From NCBI GenBank assembly GCA_030527235.1, contig JAUNBL010000002.1, positions 12,124 to 76,123 of the forward strand: a DNA stretch of 64,000 nt, read 5' to 3'. The notes beneath the pieces are model-generated. The model made no database searches. It saw only the letters and a program-made list of their open reading frames with translations, and had not been told where the DNA came from. Below are positions 41,507 to 50,130 of the stretch, piece after piece; positions within the stretch are counted from its first letter, which is position 1, and every line of letters starts with the position of its first letter. The position numbers were made by a program, and so were the translations under genes. This DNA comes from Clostridia bacterium (GTDB taxonomy: Bacteria > Bacillota > Clostridia > UMGS1883).

Positions 41507-42721
41507 TCACACGTTTGACAAGTGAAATTTATCATGTATTGCAACAACGGCCTTTTCCGCGTCCTTTTCTTCTATCAGAACGCTTATTTTTATCTCGCTC
41601 GTTGAAATCATCTGGATGTTAATTCCTGCGTCATAGAGCGCTTCAAACATGAGCGATGCAACCCCCGGATTGCTCTGCATTCCCGCGCCGACAATGGACA
41701 CCTTGGATATATTCTCCGTGTGGCGAATCTCGCTCGCCCCGATGGCGGCATTGTTTTCGTTCAAGGTATCAAGCGCCGACTGAAGATTATCTTCCGTTAC
41801 GGTAAAGCTTATATCCTTCATATCGTCGCGGCCGACGCTCTGCAGTATAACATCGACGTTAATCTTTTTCTTGGCGAGCAGCGAAAACACCTGGAACGCC
41901 TTCCCCGGTTCGTCCTTCACATTAACCAACGAAATTCTCGCCACGTTGTTATCCCTTGTCACACCTCTTACAAGCATCTTCTCCACGCTGTTTTCCTCCT
42001 TCACTATCGTACCGGGCACCTTCTCCATGCTCGAGAGCACTTCCATATTGACGTTATACTTTTTCGCCATTTCCACACTCCTGTTATGGAGCACATTTGC
42101 GCCCAGCGACGCAAGTTCAAGCATTTCATCATATGAGATATCGTCAAGCTTCACCGCATCCTTGACAATACGCGGGTCCGCCGTAAAAACACCTGTCACA
42201 TCGGTAAATATCTGGCACAGTTCCGCGCCCAGCGCCGCCGCTATCGCCACTGCGGAAGTGTCGCTTCCTCCGCGCCCGAGAGTTGTAATATCCCCTACGG
42301 CATTTATGCCTTGGAAGCCCGCAACTATGACAATGCGCTTTTTGTCTATTTCCGCCTCCATGCGCTCAGTCAACACACGCTTCATACGCGCCGCTCCGTA
42401 TGTGCCGTCCGTAGCCATGCCCGCCTGCCATCCTGTGAGTGAAATTACCGGGCGGCCAAGTTTCTCTATCGTCATCGCCAAAAGAGACATAGATATCTGC
42501 TCTCCCGCCGAAAGAAGCACATCCATTTCCCTCTTTGAAGGTTTAGAGTTTACCTCTCTTGCCTTTTCGATTAAATCGTCGGTCGTGTCTCCTTGTGCCG
42601 AAACAACAACAACAACGTCGTTTCCGTCATCATACGCCTCAATAACGCGGCGCGCCACATTTTCCAAGCGCTGAGCGTCCGCCACGGACGTACCGCCAAA
42701 TTTTTGCACTATTAAGCTCAT
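41507..42721 (-). CDS. lysC: Aspartate kinase
   Basis: IVQKFGGTSVA, GRGGSDTSA and two C-terminal ACT domains. ATGA overlap with the hom stop. Confidence 0.9.
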   Translation of the reverse strand: MSLIVQKFGGTSVADAQRLENVARRVIEAYDDGNDVVVVVSAQGDTTDDLIEKAREVNSKPSKREMDVLLSAGEQISMSLLAMTIEKLGRPVISLTGWQAGMATDGTYGAARMKRVLTERMEAEIDKKRIVIVAGFQGINAVGDITTLGRGGSDTSAVAIAAALGAELCQIFTDVTGVFTADPRIVKDAVKLDDISYDEMLELASLGANVLHNRSVEMAKKYNVNMEVLSSMEKVPGTIVKEENSVEKMLVRGVTRDNNVARISLVNVKDEPGKAFQVFSLLAKKKINVDVILQSVGRDDMKDISFTVTEDNLQSALDTLNENNAAIGASEIRHTENISKVSIVGAGMQSNPGVASLMFEALYDAGINIQMISTSEIKISVLIEEKDAEKAVVAIHDKFHLSNV

Positions 42722-43935
42722 ACCTGTTCCCCCTGTTCGGTATACATTTTGATTTTGGATATTACACTCTTCACCCCTGAGAGTCTCGCGTTAAAGTCCG
42801 TTTCCTTCATTACCGGAGTCACAAAGCCAATCTCCTGCCTGAGCGATGTTATCTCCACGTTCCCGAACGCAGCAATAGCGCTGGAAAGAGCGCTTTCATG
42901 CACGCGTACACAGTATGCTGTCTCCTCGTCCCCCAGGTCGGCGTAGGTGTTTTCCTTTTCTTCCTTCCAGAAATACGTACTGCTGTTGACAGGCGCTTTT
43001 ATAATTTCTATTACATCGGCAACAACCGCGCTTGCCGTAGGCAGCTTGCCTGCGCCGCGCCCATAAAACATAACGTCGCCTATCGCATTTCCATGCACGA
43101 GAATACCGTTAAAAACATCCTCCACAGTCGAAAGCGGATTTTTGCGCGGAATCATCATGGGACAAACACGTGCTGTTACTGCGCCGTTTTTCACACGGCT
43201 GTAGCCTATAAGTTTTATTGAGCAGCCCAGCTTGTCGGCAAAGGCAACATCATCTCCCGTAATATTTCTTATGCCTTCAGTCGGGATTTTGTCACACTTT
43301 ATCTGCGAGCCGTACACAAGCGATGTCAAAATCGCAATTTTCCTGCACGTATCGTGTCCGTCCACGTCCGCAGTAGGGTCCTTTTCAGCATATCCGAAAC
43401 GCTGCGCCTCGGAAAGCGCATCAGCATATGCAACGCCTTCGCGGAACATTTTAGTAAGAATATAGTTTGTGGTGCCATTCAGGATACCGTGTATAGCGCT
43501 TATAGCGTTTGCGGCAAGGCACTGGGACAAAGGATGCACAATCGGAATCCCCCCGCCTACCGACGCCTCAAAAAGATATCTGACGCCATTTTCCTTGGCA
43601 AGCACCATCAGCTGCGCACCGTATGTCGCCACCAGCTCCTTGTTGCTCGTCACCACGCTTTTCCCTGCGGCAAGCAGCTTCTTCGTAAACTCATATGCGA
43701 TGCCTGCGCCGCCCATCGTCTCAACAACTATCGAAATCCTGTCGTCGAGCAAATCGTCAAATTCTTTCGTGAAAAGTTCAGGCTCCTCATGCTCCGGAAA
43801 ATCGCGTATGTCAAGAATTTTGAGCACTCGCACTTCCTGACCCGCCTTGGAAGCAATTGATTCGGTATTGGTCTTTATAACCTCATACACTCCGCTGCCC
43901 ACAACGCCGTAGCCTATAATTCCTATATTAACCAT
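42718..43935 (-). CDS. hom: Homoserine dehydrogenase
   Basis: Start at ATG 43935 (MVNIGIIGYGVVGSGV NAD-binding motif, GGAG RBS), LNGTTNYILT and a C-terminal ACT region. Confidence 0.88.
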   Translation of the reverse strand: MVNIGIIGYGVVGSGVYEVIKTNTESIASKAGQEVRVLKILDIRDFPEHEEPELFTKEFDDLLDDRISIVVETMGGAGIAYEFTKKLLAAGKSVVTSNKELVATYGAQLMVLAKENGVRYLFEASVGGGIPIVHPLSQCLAANAISAIHGILNGTTNYILTKMFREGVAYADALSEAQRFGYAEKDPTADVDGHDTCRKIAILTSLVYGSQIKCDKIPTEGIRNITGDDVAFADKLGCSIKLIGYSRVKNGAVTARVCPMMIPRKNPLSTVEDVFNGILVHGNAIGDVMFYGRGAGKLPTASAVVADVIEIIKAPVNSSTYFWKEEKENTYADLGDEETAYCVRVHESALSSAIAAFGNVEITSLRQEIGFVTPVMKETDFNARLSGVKSVISKIKMYTEQGEQV

Positions 43936-43968
43936 TTTCACTCCGCCTTTCTCTGGTGTAAACAGCAC

Positions 43969-44406
43969 TTATTGTTTGGCAAGTATCTTCACACTCCGCA
44001 CTCCGCCTATACGTGTGAGATTCCCTATAAGACGGTCAAGCGGAACATTCATCGCGTCCGTACTCAACGTAATCGTTATGTTAGCAATACCGTTTATCGG
44101 GATTCCCTGGTTTATCGTAAGCACGCTGCACGCCGCGTCCGAAAGCTTTTGCAGTATTTCGCTCAGTATTCCCCGCATATCCACCACAACCGCAAGCAAA
44201 GTAAGCACTCCCTGTATATGTGTAAAGGGAAATACGCTGTCGCGGTATTTATAAAACGCGCTGCGGCTTATACCTACGCGCTTTACAGCGCTGAGCACCG
44301 TTTTTTCCTCACCTGTATCCGCCAGAAGTTTTGCCTCGAGCACTTTTGCAAATACCTCGGGAAGGACATTTGCGTCAACAAGCACAAACCGTTTTTGAGC
44401 GTCCAA
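43969..44406 (-). CDS. UPF0735-type ACT-domain protein (PheB-like)
   Basis: FVLVDANVLPEVFAKVLEAKLL...RSAFYKYRD followed by an ACT domain. Start reassigned to the TTG at 44406, 7 nt after AGGAGG; the listed start at 44490 lies upstream of the predicted promoter. Confidence 0.7.
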   Translation of the reverse strand: MDAQKRFVLVDANVLPEVFAKVLEAKLLADTGEEKTVLSAVKRVGISRSAFYKYRDSVFPFTHIQGVLTLLAVVVDMRGILSEILQKLSDAACSVLTINQGIPINGIANITITLSTDAMNVPLDRLIGNLTRIGGVRSVKILAKQ

Positions 44407-44449
44407 AGTGTCCGCCTCCTGTGTACATGTGTTTTTGAACTTTTCCTGT

Positions 44450-44478
44450 ATGATAGCATGGGGAGCAGGCTTTGTCAA
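44450..44478 (-). promoter_or_regulatory. Sigma-A-like promoter for ACT-hom-lysC
   Basis: Minus strand reads TTGACA, 17 nt, TATCAT, about 40 nt upstream of the reassigned start. Confidence 0.55.
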
Positions 44479-44497
44479 GAGAAATTTCAAAAAATGC

Positions 44498-44526
44498 TTT
44501 ACTATTTTTGTGTTCCGTGATATAGT
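44498..44526 (+). promoter_or_regulatory. Candidate promoter for small ORF-pncB-ilvBN
   Basis: TTTACT, 17 nt, TATAGT, with an extended -10 TG (gTGaTATAGT). Confidence 0.4.
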
Positions 44527-44601
44527 ATGTTAAATTATTTAATTACTAAATTACTATTTTATCATTTTGTAGTATTACATTTCGGAGAGGATTGATTTTT
44601 T

Positions 44602-44892
44602 ATGGCAAAATCGGCGAAGAAAGAATATTTGATTTACAAGGGAAAGCCGCTTGTACGCAAGGGGAATAAAATTCTCTACGGCGACCTTTCGGAGCGCTAT
44701 ATTATTATTTTCACAATTAATAAGACCGCGACCGTGAATGATATGGAGGTTGCAACAGACGTGACGATTGACCTTTGCACAAACAGCGGACGCGAAAAGG
44801 AGCGCAACATTAAAAAGGCCACGCGCGACGGCTTGTTTGCCGCGCTTGACCTGGCTGAGTTCTGGCTGCAAGACGCGCTTGAAAACGGCTAA
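44602..44892 (+). CDS. Hypothetical small protein (96 aa)
   Basis: GGAGAGG RBS 9 nt upstream, intergenic position, basic N-terminus (MAKSAKKEYLIYKGKPLVRKGNK). The stop lies 17 nt before pncB. I recognise no family. Confidence 0.55.
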   Translation: MAKSAKKEYLIYKGKPLVRKGNKILYGDLSERYIIIFTINKTATVNDMEVATDVTIDLCTNSGREKERNIKKATRDGLFAALDLAEFWLQDALENG

Positions 44893-44909
44893 GATGGGAG
44901 GACAATAAC

Positions 44910-46361
44910 ATGGCACACTGGGACAGAGAAGAAAACTTTACGATGCTCGCGGATTTTTATGAGCTCACCATGGCGAACGGCTATTTCGTTAACGACATGG
45001 GCGGGCAGATAGTTTATTTCGACATGTTTTTCCGTGACGTACCCGACGGCGGAGGTTATGCTGTTATGGCCGGTACGGAGTCGCTGATTGAGTATATTAA
45101 AGGTCTTCGCTTTACTCCGGAGGATATTGAATATTTAAGAAGCAAGGATATGTTCGACGAAAGCTTTCTTTCCTATCTCTCCGCGCTTCGTTTTGAATGC
45201 GATGTTTGGGCTGTACCTGAGGGAACGCCAGTCTTTCCACACGAACCGCTCGTTATAGTGCGCGGTCCTGCGATACAGGCTCAGTTTGTGGAAACAATGC
45301 TGTTACTTACAGTGAATCATCAGACGCTTATCGCCACCAAGGCCAACAGAATTGTCCGCGCCGCCCAAGGGCGCGCGGTTATGGAATTTGGCTCTCGTCG
45401 GGCGCATGGTTATCACAGTGCTATACTGGGTGCAAGAGCTGCGTATATCGGAGGCTGTGTAGGCACCGCGTGCACCATTGCAGACAAGCTGTACGGGATT
45501 CCGGCGCTCGGTACAATGGCTCACAGCTGGGTGCAGATGTTCCCCACTGAGTATGAGTCATTTTGCGCGTATGCGAACGCATATCCCGATAACTGCACGC
45601 TTCTGGTAGATACGTATAACGTGCTCAAAAGCGGTATGCCAAATGCCATCCGTGTTTTTAACGAAGTTGTAGTACCTAAAGGTTTTCGTCCCAAGGGCGT
45701 GCGGATAGACAGCGGCGATATAACGTATCTGACGCAGAAAATGCGTAAAATGCTTGACGATGCAGGTTTTAATGATTGTGCAATTATCGCCTCCAATGCT
45801 CTTGATGAGTTTATTATCCGCGACACGATTATGCAGGGCGCGCAGATAGACTCCTTCGGGGTAGGTGAAAGGCTGATTACTTCCATGTCGTCTCCCGTGT
45901 TCGGCGGCGTATATAAACTTGTTGCCATTGAACGGGACGGACAAATAGTACCCAAAATTAAAATAAGCGAAAACATTGCCAAAATTACAATTCCTGGCTT
46001 CAAGCAAGTCTACCGTCTGTACGAAAAAGAAAGCCAAAAGGCCATAGCGGATGTTTTAACGCTGCATGACGAAATCATAGATGAAAATAGACCGTACGAG
46101 ATATTTGACCCCGAACACACATGGAAGCGTAAAATTGTTGAAGACTTTACGGTCCGCCCGCTCTTGGTACAGATTTTTAAGCGCGGCGAGTGTGTTTACA
46201 AGTGCCCCACACTGAAAACCATACGCGAGTATTGCATGGAGCAGCTTAACACGCTCTGGGCTTCAGTGACTCGCTTTGAGAATCCGCATAATTACTATGT
46301 GGACTTGTCTCAGGCGCTTTGGGATGTGCGAAACGACCTTCTTACAAAACATTCAAAATGA
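44910..46361 (+). CDS. pncB: Nicotinate phosphoribosyltransferase
   Basis: MLADFYELTMANGYF, GTMAHSWVQ and the 483-aa length match the NAPRTase family. Confidence 0.88.
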   Translation: MAHWDREENFTMLADFYELTMANGYFVNDMGGQIVYFDMFFRDVPDGGGYAVMAGTESLIEYIKGLRFTPEDIEYLRSKDMFDESFLSYLSALRFECDVWAVPEGTPVFPHEPLVIVRGPAIQAQFVETMLLLTVNHQTLIATKANRIVRAAQGRAVMEFGSRRAHGYHSAILGARAAYIGGCVGTACTIADKLYGIPALGTMAHSWVQMFPTEYESFCAYANAYPDNCTLLVDTYNVLKSGMPNAIRVFNEVVVPKGFRPKGVRIDSGDITYLTQKMRKMLDDAGFNDCAIIASNALDEFIIRDTIMQGAQIDSFGVGERLITSMSSPVFGGVYKLVAIERDGQIVPKIKISENIAKITIPGFKQVYRLYEKESQKAIADVLTLHDEIIDENRPYEIFDPEHTWKRKIVEDFTVRPLLVQIFKRGECVYKCPTLKTIREYCMEQLNTLWASVTRFENPHNYYVDLSQALWDVRNDLLTKHSK

Positions 46362-46371
46362 CGGTGATGGT

Positions 46372-48036
46372 ATGATTCTTACCGGCGCACAGATTACTGT
46401 TGAAATTCTAAAGGAGCAGTCCGTTGACACAGTGTTTGGCTATCCCGGCGGAAGTGTGCTCAATATATTCGACGCTTTGTATAGTGAGCGGCGCGCCATT
46501 CGCTGCGTCTGCGCCTCCCATGAACAAGGCGCCTGCCACGCAGCGGACGGCTACGCCCGCGCAAGCGGGAAATGCGGTGTTGTTATAGCAACCTCCGGCC
46601 CCGGCGCAACAAATCTTGTGACAGCTCTTGCGGCTGCGTATCTGGACAGCTCCCCTATTGTCGCTATTACAGGGAACGTATCGACTGCATCAATAGGGAA
46701 AGACAGCTTCCAGGAGGTAGACATTTGCTCTATTACGATGCCCATAACAAAACACAACTACATTGTCAAAGACATACGCAGCCTTGCGCAGACACTGCGT
46801 AATGCATTTGCAATAGCACAAAGCGGGCGCTGCGGTCCGGTGCTTGTGGATATTCCCAAGGACGTGGCCGAAGGGGAAATCGAGTTTGACAGCAGCTCAC
46901 GCGCTGATTACAAATTCAATCTGCCGGACCCGCCGCAAAAGGATTTGCTATATGCCGCCTCAAAAATAAACACCGCCAAGCGCCCTGTTATATATGCCGG
47001 CGGAGGCGTTGTTGCGGCAGATGCATATGAAGAGCTTGAGCGTCTATCAGATGCATTGTGCGCGCCTGTAGCATGCAGTATGATGGGACTGACGGCGCTG
47101 AGCAGTGACAATCCTCGCTATTTAGGTCTTGTCGGGATGCACGGAATATTTTCGGCAACGGAAATCATACACAAATGCGATTTGCTGATTGCGCTCGGCG
47201 TCCGTTTCTCAGACCGCGCCATGATAAACCGTGGACTCATAGAAAAAGGCACCGAAATCATTCAAATTGATATTGACGCTGCGGAGATAGACAAAAACAT
47301 GCGGGCAAGCTGCCCCATTGTTGGAGATATAAAAAGAATAATCCCATTGCTCGCGGCACATATACGACCCACGCCTCGCAAAATGTGGCAAAAGGAACAT
47401 GAGGGCATACTTTCCCGGTCGAAAACACAGTTTGATATGGACTTTGCACGCCTCAACCCGCAGCTCATTTTGGAACGCTTGGCCGATGTGTTTCCGGACG
47501 CGTGTGTCGCAACGGATGTGGGTCAGCACCAGATGTGGACGGCGCAGTATTTTCGTTTTCGCAGTCCTCGTACATTCATAACGAGCGGCGGACTGGGCGC
47601 TATGGGCTTTGGCATGGGCGCGGCGATAGGCGCGTGTATTGCATGCGGCGGCAGGAAAACGCTCATGATAACAAGCGACGGAAGTTTCCATATGAGCATG
47701 GGCGAACTTGCAGCAGCAGTAACGGAAAATCTTCCGATTGTGATTGTGCTTATGAATAATCGTTCTCTCGGCATGGTGCGCCAACTTCAGCGTGTATTTT
47801 TTGATTCACGCTTTGCGTATACTTCTTTGAATAGGAAAACTGATTTTGCGGTCCTCGCTCAGGCCATGGGCGCACACGGGATACATGTTGAGCAAAAAGA
47901 CCAGCTTGACGCGGCATTGGAAGAGGCAAAGCGCGCATCTTCGCCGATTTTGCTTGACTGCACGATAGACCCCGACGAAATGGTTTTACCAATGATTCCG
48001 CCGGGCGGCGATATTTCAGAGATAATTCTAAGATAA
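46372..48036 (+). CDS. ilvB: Acetolactate synthase large (catalytic) subunit
   Basis: Start at ATG 46372 (MILTGAQITVEILKEQSVDTVFGYPGG). TSGPGATNLVT and the ThDP motif GLGAMGFG...DGSFHM...NN. Confidence 0.9.
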   Translation: MILTGAQITVEILKEQSVDTVFGYPGGSVLNIFDALYSERRAIRCVCASHEQGACHAADGYARASGKCGVVIATSGPGATNLVTALAAAYLDSSPIVAITGNVSTASIGKDSFQEVDICSITMPITKHNYIVKDIRSLAQTLRNAFAIAQSGRCGPVLVDIPKDVAEGEIEFDSSSRADYKFNLPDPPQKDLLYAASKINTAKRPVIYAGGGVVAADAYEELERLSDALCAPVACSMMGLTALSSDNPRYLGLVGMHGIFSATEIIHKCDLLIALGVRFSDRAMINRGLIEKGTEIIQIDIDAAEIDKNMRASCPIVGDIKRIIPLLAAHIRPTPRKMWQKEHEGILSRSKTQFDMDFARLNPQLILERLADVFPDACVATDVGQHQMWTAQYFRFRSPRTFITSGGLGAMGFGMGAAIGACIACGGRKTLMITSDGSFHMSMGELAAAVTENLPIVIVLMNNRSLGMVRQLQRVFFDSRFAYTSLNRKTDFAVLAQAMGAHGIHVEQKDQLDAALEEAKRASSPILLDCTIDPDEMVLPMIPPGGDISEIILR

Positions 48037-48051
48037 GCGAGGCTTGTTCCA

Positions 48052-48567
48052 ATGAAGGAAGACCAATTTTTAATTTCCATACTCGTGTCAAACCATTTTG
48101 GCGTTCTGGCACGGATTGCATCGCTTTTTTCAAAGCGCGGCTATAACATAGATTCTCTGACCGTTGGTGAAACGGCAGATTGCTCGCTTTCGAGAATGAC
48201 GATTGTTTCTACGGGCGATGAATATATCCGCACGCAGATGGCGCGTCAGCTGGAAAAACTTGTTGACGTGAAGTGTGTTCAGGTCATGAACAAGAGCGAT
48301 ACAATTGTCCGGGAGCTGCTGCTGCTCAAAGTTTTTGTGGACAAGGACAAGCGCAGCGAAATCATGCGCGCCTTTGATGTGTTCCGAGCGAAAATCGTGG
48401 ACCTCTCTCCCGAATCCGTATCCGTAGAACTTACAGGGGAGCCGGACAAGCTTAACGCTCTTATAGATTACATGCGCGATTATAATATCGTTGAGCTTTC
48501 CCGCACAGGCGTTACGGCTCTGGGACGAAACGGGTACTGCTTGTCCGAAAAGGACGGCTCTCTATAG
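48052..48567 (+). CDS. ilvN: Acetolactate synthase small (regulatory) subunit
   Basis: The ACT-type N-terminus ISILVSNHFGVLARIASLFSKRGYNIDSLTVGET is classic IlvH/IlvN. Confidence 0.88.
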   Translation: MKEDQFLISILVSNHFGVLARIASLFSKRGYNIDSLTVGETADCSLSRMTIVSTGDEYIRTQMARQLEKLVDVKCVQVMNKSDTIVRELLLLKVFVDKDKRSEIMRAFDVFRAKIVDLSPESVSVELTGEPDKLNALIDYMRDYNIVELSRTGVTALGRNGYCLSEKDGSL

Positions 48568-48589
48568 AAAAGCGTTTCATAATAAAAAA

Positions 48590-48632
48590 GGTGCATACCG
48601 CTTTGCCGCAGTATTGCACCCTTTTTTATTTT
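48590..48632. terminator. Bidirectional intrinsic terminator
   Basis: Stem ggtgcatac / gtattgcacc (one bulge) followed by CTTTTTTATTTTT on the + strand and TTTTTTATT on the - strand. It overlaps the stop of the minus-strand gene at 48626. Confidence 0.7.
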
Positions 48633-49987
48633 TCACAAATACCCTCAAAGCTCACGTTCTCCCGCCCGAAACCTTTAAGGAAGGCTATCAGTTTGTCACG
48701 CCTATCGTCGCTTATTAATCCGCTTGCGCACTGGGCAAGCTTCTCGCATACATCGGAAATGGTAAACGGGTTTTGCGGGTCTCCCTTTGGAATGAGTACG
48801 GTTTTACTAACTTTCTTTTTATCCGCAAGGCAAATCTCCACCATGCAGCCGCGGATGCCCTTGTCGCGGTTTTCCATTGTCTCATCGGCAATAAGTTCTG
48901 TTCTATCTATTATATCCCATACCGCCTGCGGCGCTTTGGTGTAATCCAAATCCTCAAGCGCAAATTTCCCCGCAGCCAGAATACACGCTGTGGCATAGTG
49001 TATCGAAAACTTTGAATCATCTATGCTTTTAGGCTTCTTAATCTGCCCTGCCAGGCGGATTGCGTTCGAGTATATATGTATTTTTACAGACTCTACCATA
49101 TCCGGTGTTATAGCGTTCTCCTCACGCAGCTCCAGCGCCGCCTGAATACCGCAGTGAGTATGCCGGCAAGCCGGATAAGGCTTTGCGTAGCATTCGTCTA
49201 TGCAAAACTTTTCTCCCAAACCATCGGTAATCATGCTTTCATCAACACTATCCGACATCGCATGAAACCAGCCATGCTGGCTGTCAAGCGGATAGACAGG
49301 CCCTTTTACCCCCTTTTGGGTGAGCATTGCGGCTATTATACCATTTTCCGCAGCTTTTGCAGGATTGAGCGGCTTTATGCTTTGTCCGCTGTCACCGACT
49401 ATAACAAGACCACTCGACAGCGTAACTGAAATCGCCATTGCATTATATATACCGTCCGCATCCATGTGCAAAAGTTTGGCAGCCGCGGCGGCACATGCAA
49501 CCGTGCCCGCAGTGCCGGTTGAATGAAAGCCGCGATGCACCAGATTCGGCTGCACGGCGGCGGCAATTCGGCAGTACACCTCATAGCCCACATTGATTGC
49601 AACAATAACATCTCGCTCGCTCGCCTTCAGCTTCTCCGCAAGCGCGAGAACGGCAGAGAATACATGTACACCAACGTGTCCCATGGCCTTACGGTTTCCG
49701 TCATCCATGTCAGCTCCATGCGCATAGCATGCGTTTAGAAACGCCGCTTTTTCACATGTCGTCTTTTCCTCACAAAACAATACGCTGCTCTCCTTTAACG
49801 TCCCTCCGCTTCGGAAAACAAGCTCCTCAACAGCGCGGTTAAACACCGTGTTGACTTTGTATCCCGCACACGCCGCGGCAATATAGTCAATAAAGAAAAG
49901 GCGTGTGTTCTCAATTGTCCGAGGCGTTAAATCCTCATATGTAAGCCTTGCTGAAAATTCGCTTAAAATTTTTGTGTTGTCGTTCAT
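48626..49987 (-). CDS. MmgE/PrpD family protein (2-methylcitrate dehydratase-like fold; substrate unknown)
   Basis: 453 aa. The N-terminus LSEFSARLTYEDLTPRTIENTRLFFIDYIAAACAG is typical of the family. GGAGG RBS. Confidence 0.82.
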   Translation of the reverse strand: MNDNTKILSEFSARLTYEDLTPRTIENTRLFFIDYIAAACAGYKVNTVFNRAVEELVFRSGGTLKESSVLFCEEKTTCEKAAFLNACYAHGADMDDGNRKAMGHVGVHVFSAVLALAEKLKASERDVIVAINVGYEVYCRIAAAVQPNLVHRGFHSTGTAGTVACAAAAAKLLHMDADGIYNAMAISVTLSSGLVIVGDSGQSIKPLNPAKAAENGIIAAMLTQKGVKGPVYPLDSQHGWFHAMSDSVDESMITDGLGEKFCIDECYAKPYPACRHTHCGIQAALELREENAITPDMVESVKIHIYSNAIRLAGQIKKPKSIDDSKFSIHYATACILAAGKFALEDLDYTKAPQAVWDIIDRTELIADETMENRDKGIRGCMVEICLADKKKVSKTVLIPKGDPQNPFTISDVCEKLAQCASGLISDDRRDKLIAFLKGFGRENVSFEGICEK

Positions 49988-50130
49988 AATGACCTCCGTA
50001 AGTGTAATAGCTAACTCGTGTTATTTTACACCCTTGTCCGAGTTCTGTCAAGACCCCTTCCAAGCGGTAATTACATAGCGGACGAAAAAATGGGTAAACT
50101 ATGCCCATCAAACTTCAAAGGAGACTGATT

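Noticed and set aside
41871-42674. 267-aa ORF on the plus strand
   Set aside because: It is antisense to aspartate kinase. Its Ser/Thr/Ala/Pro-rich low-complexity translation is typical of the reverse frame of a real gene.
44407-44449. Lysine riboswitch (L-box) or T-box ahead of ACT-hom-lysC, and a T-box ahead of ilvB (46362..46371)
   Set aside because: The leaders are about 40 nt and 10 nt, far too short for these 150-250 nt elements.
46276-46371. N-terminal extensions proposed by the ORF track (here ilvB; also 742..2325, 2093..5251, 8516..10771, 15496..17091, 19171..19446, 42718..43968, 43969..44490, 50101..51429, 61868..62704)
   Set aside because: In each case an internal start has a proper Shine-Dalgarno sequence and gives the canonical family N-terminus or a signal peptide. 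The extension overlaps the upstream gene or promoter.
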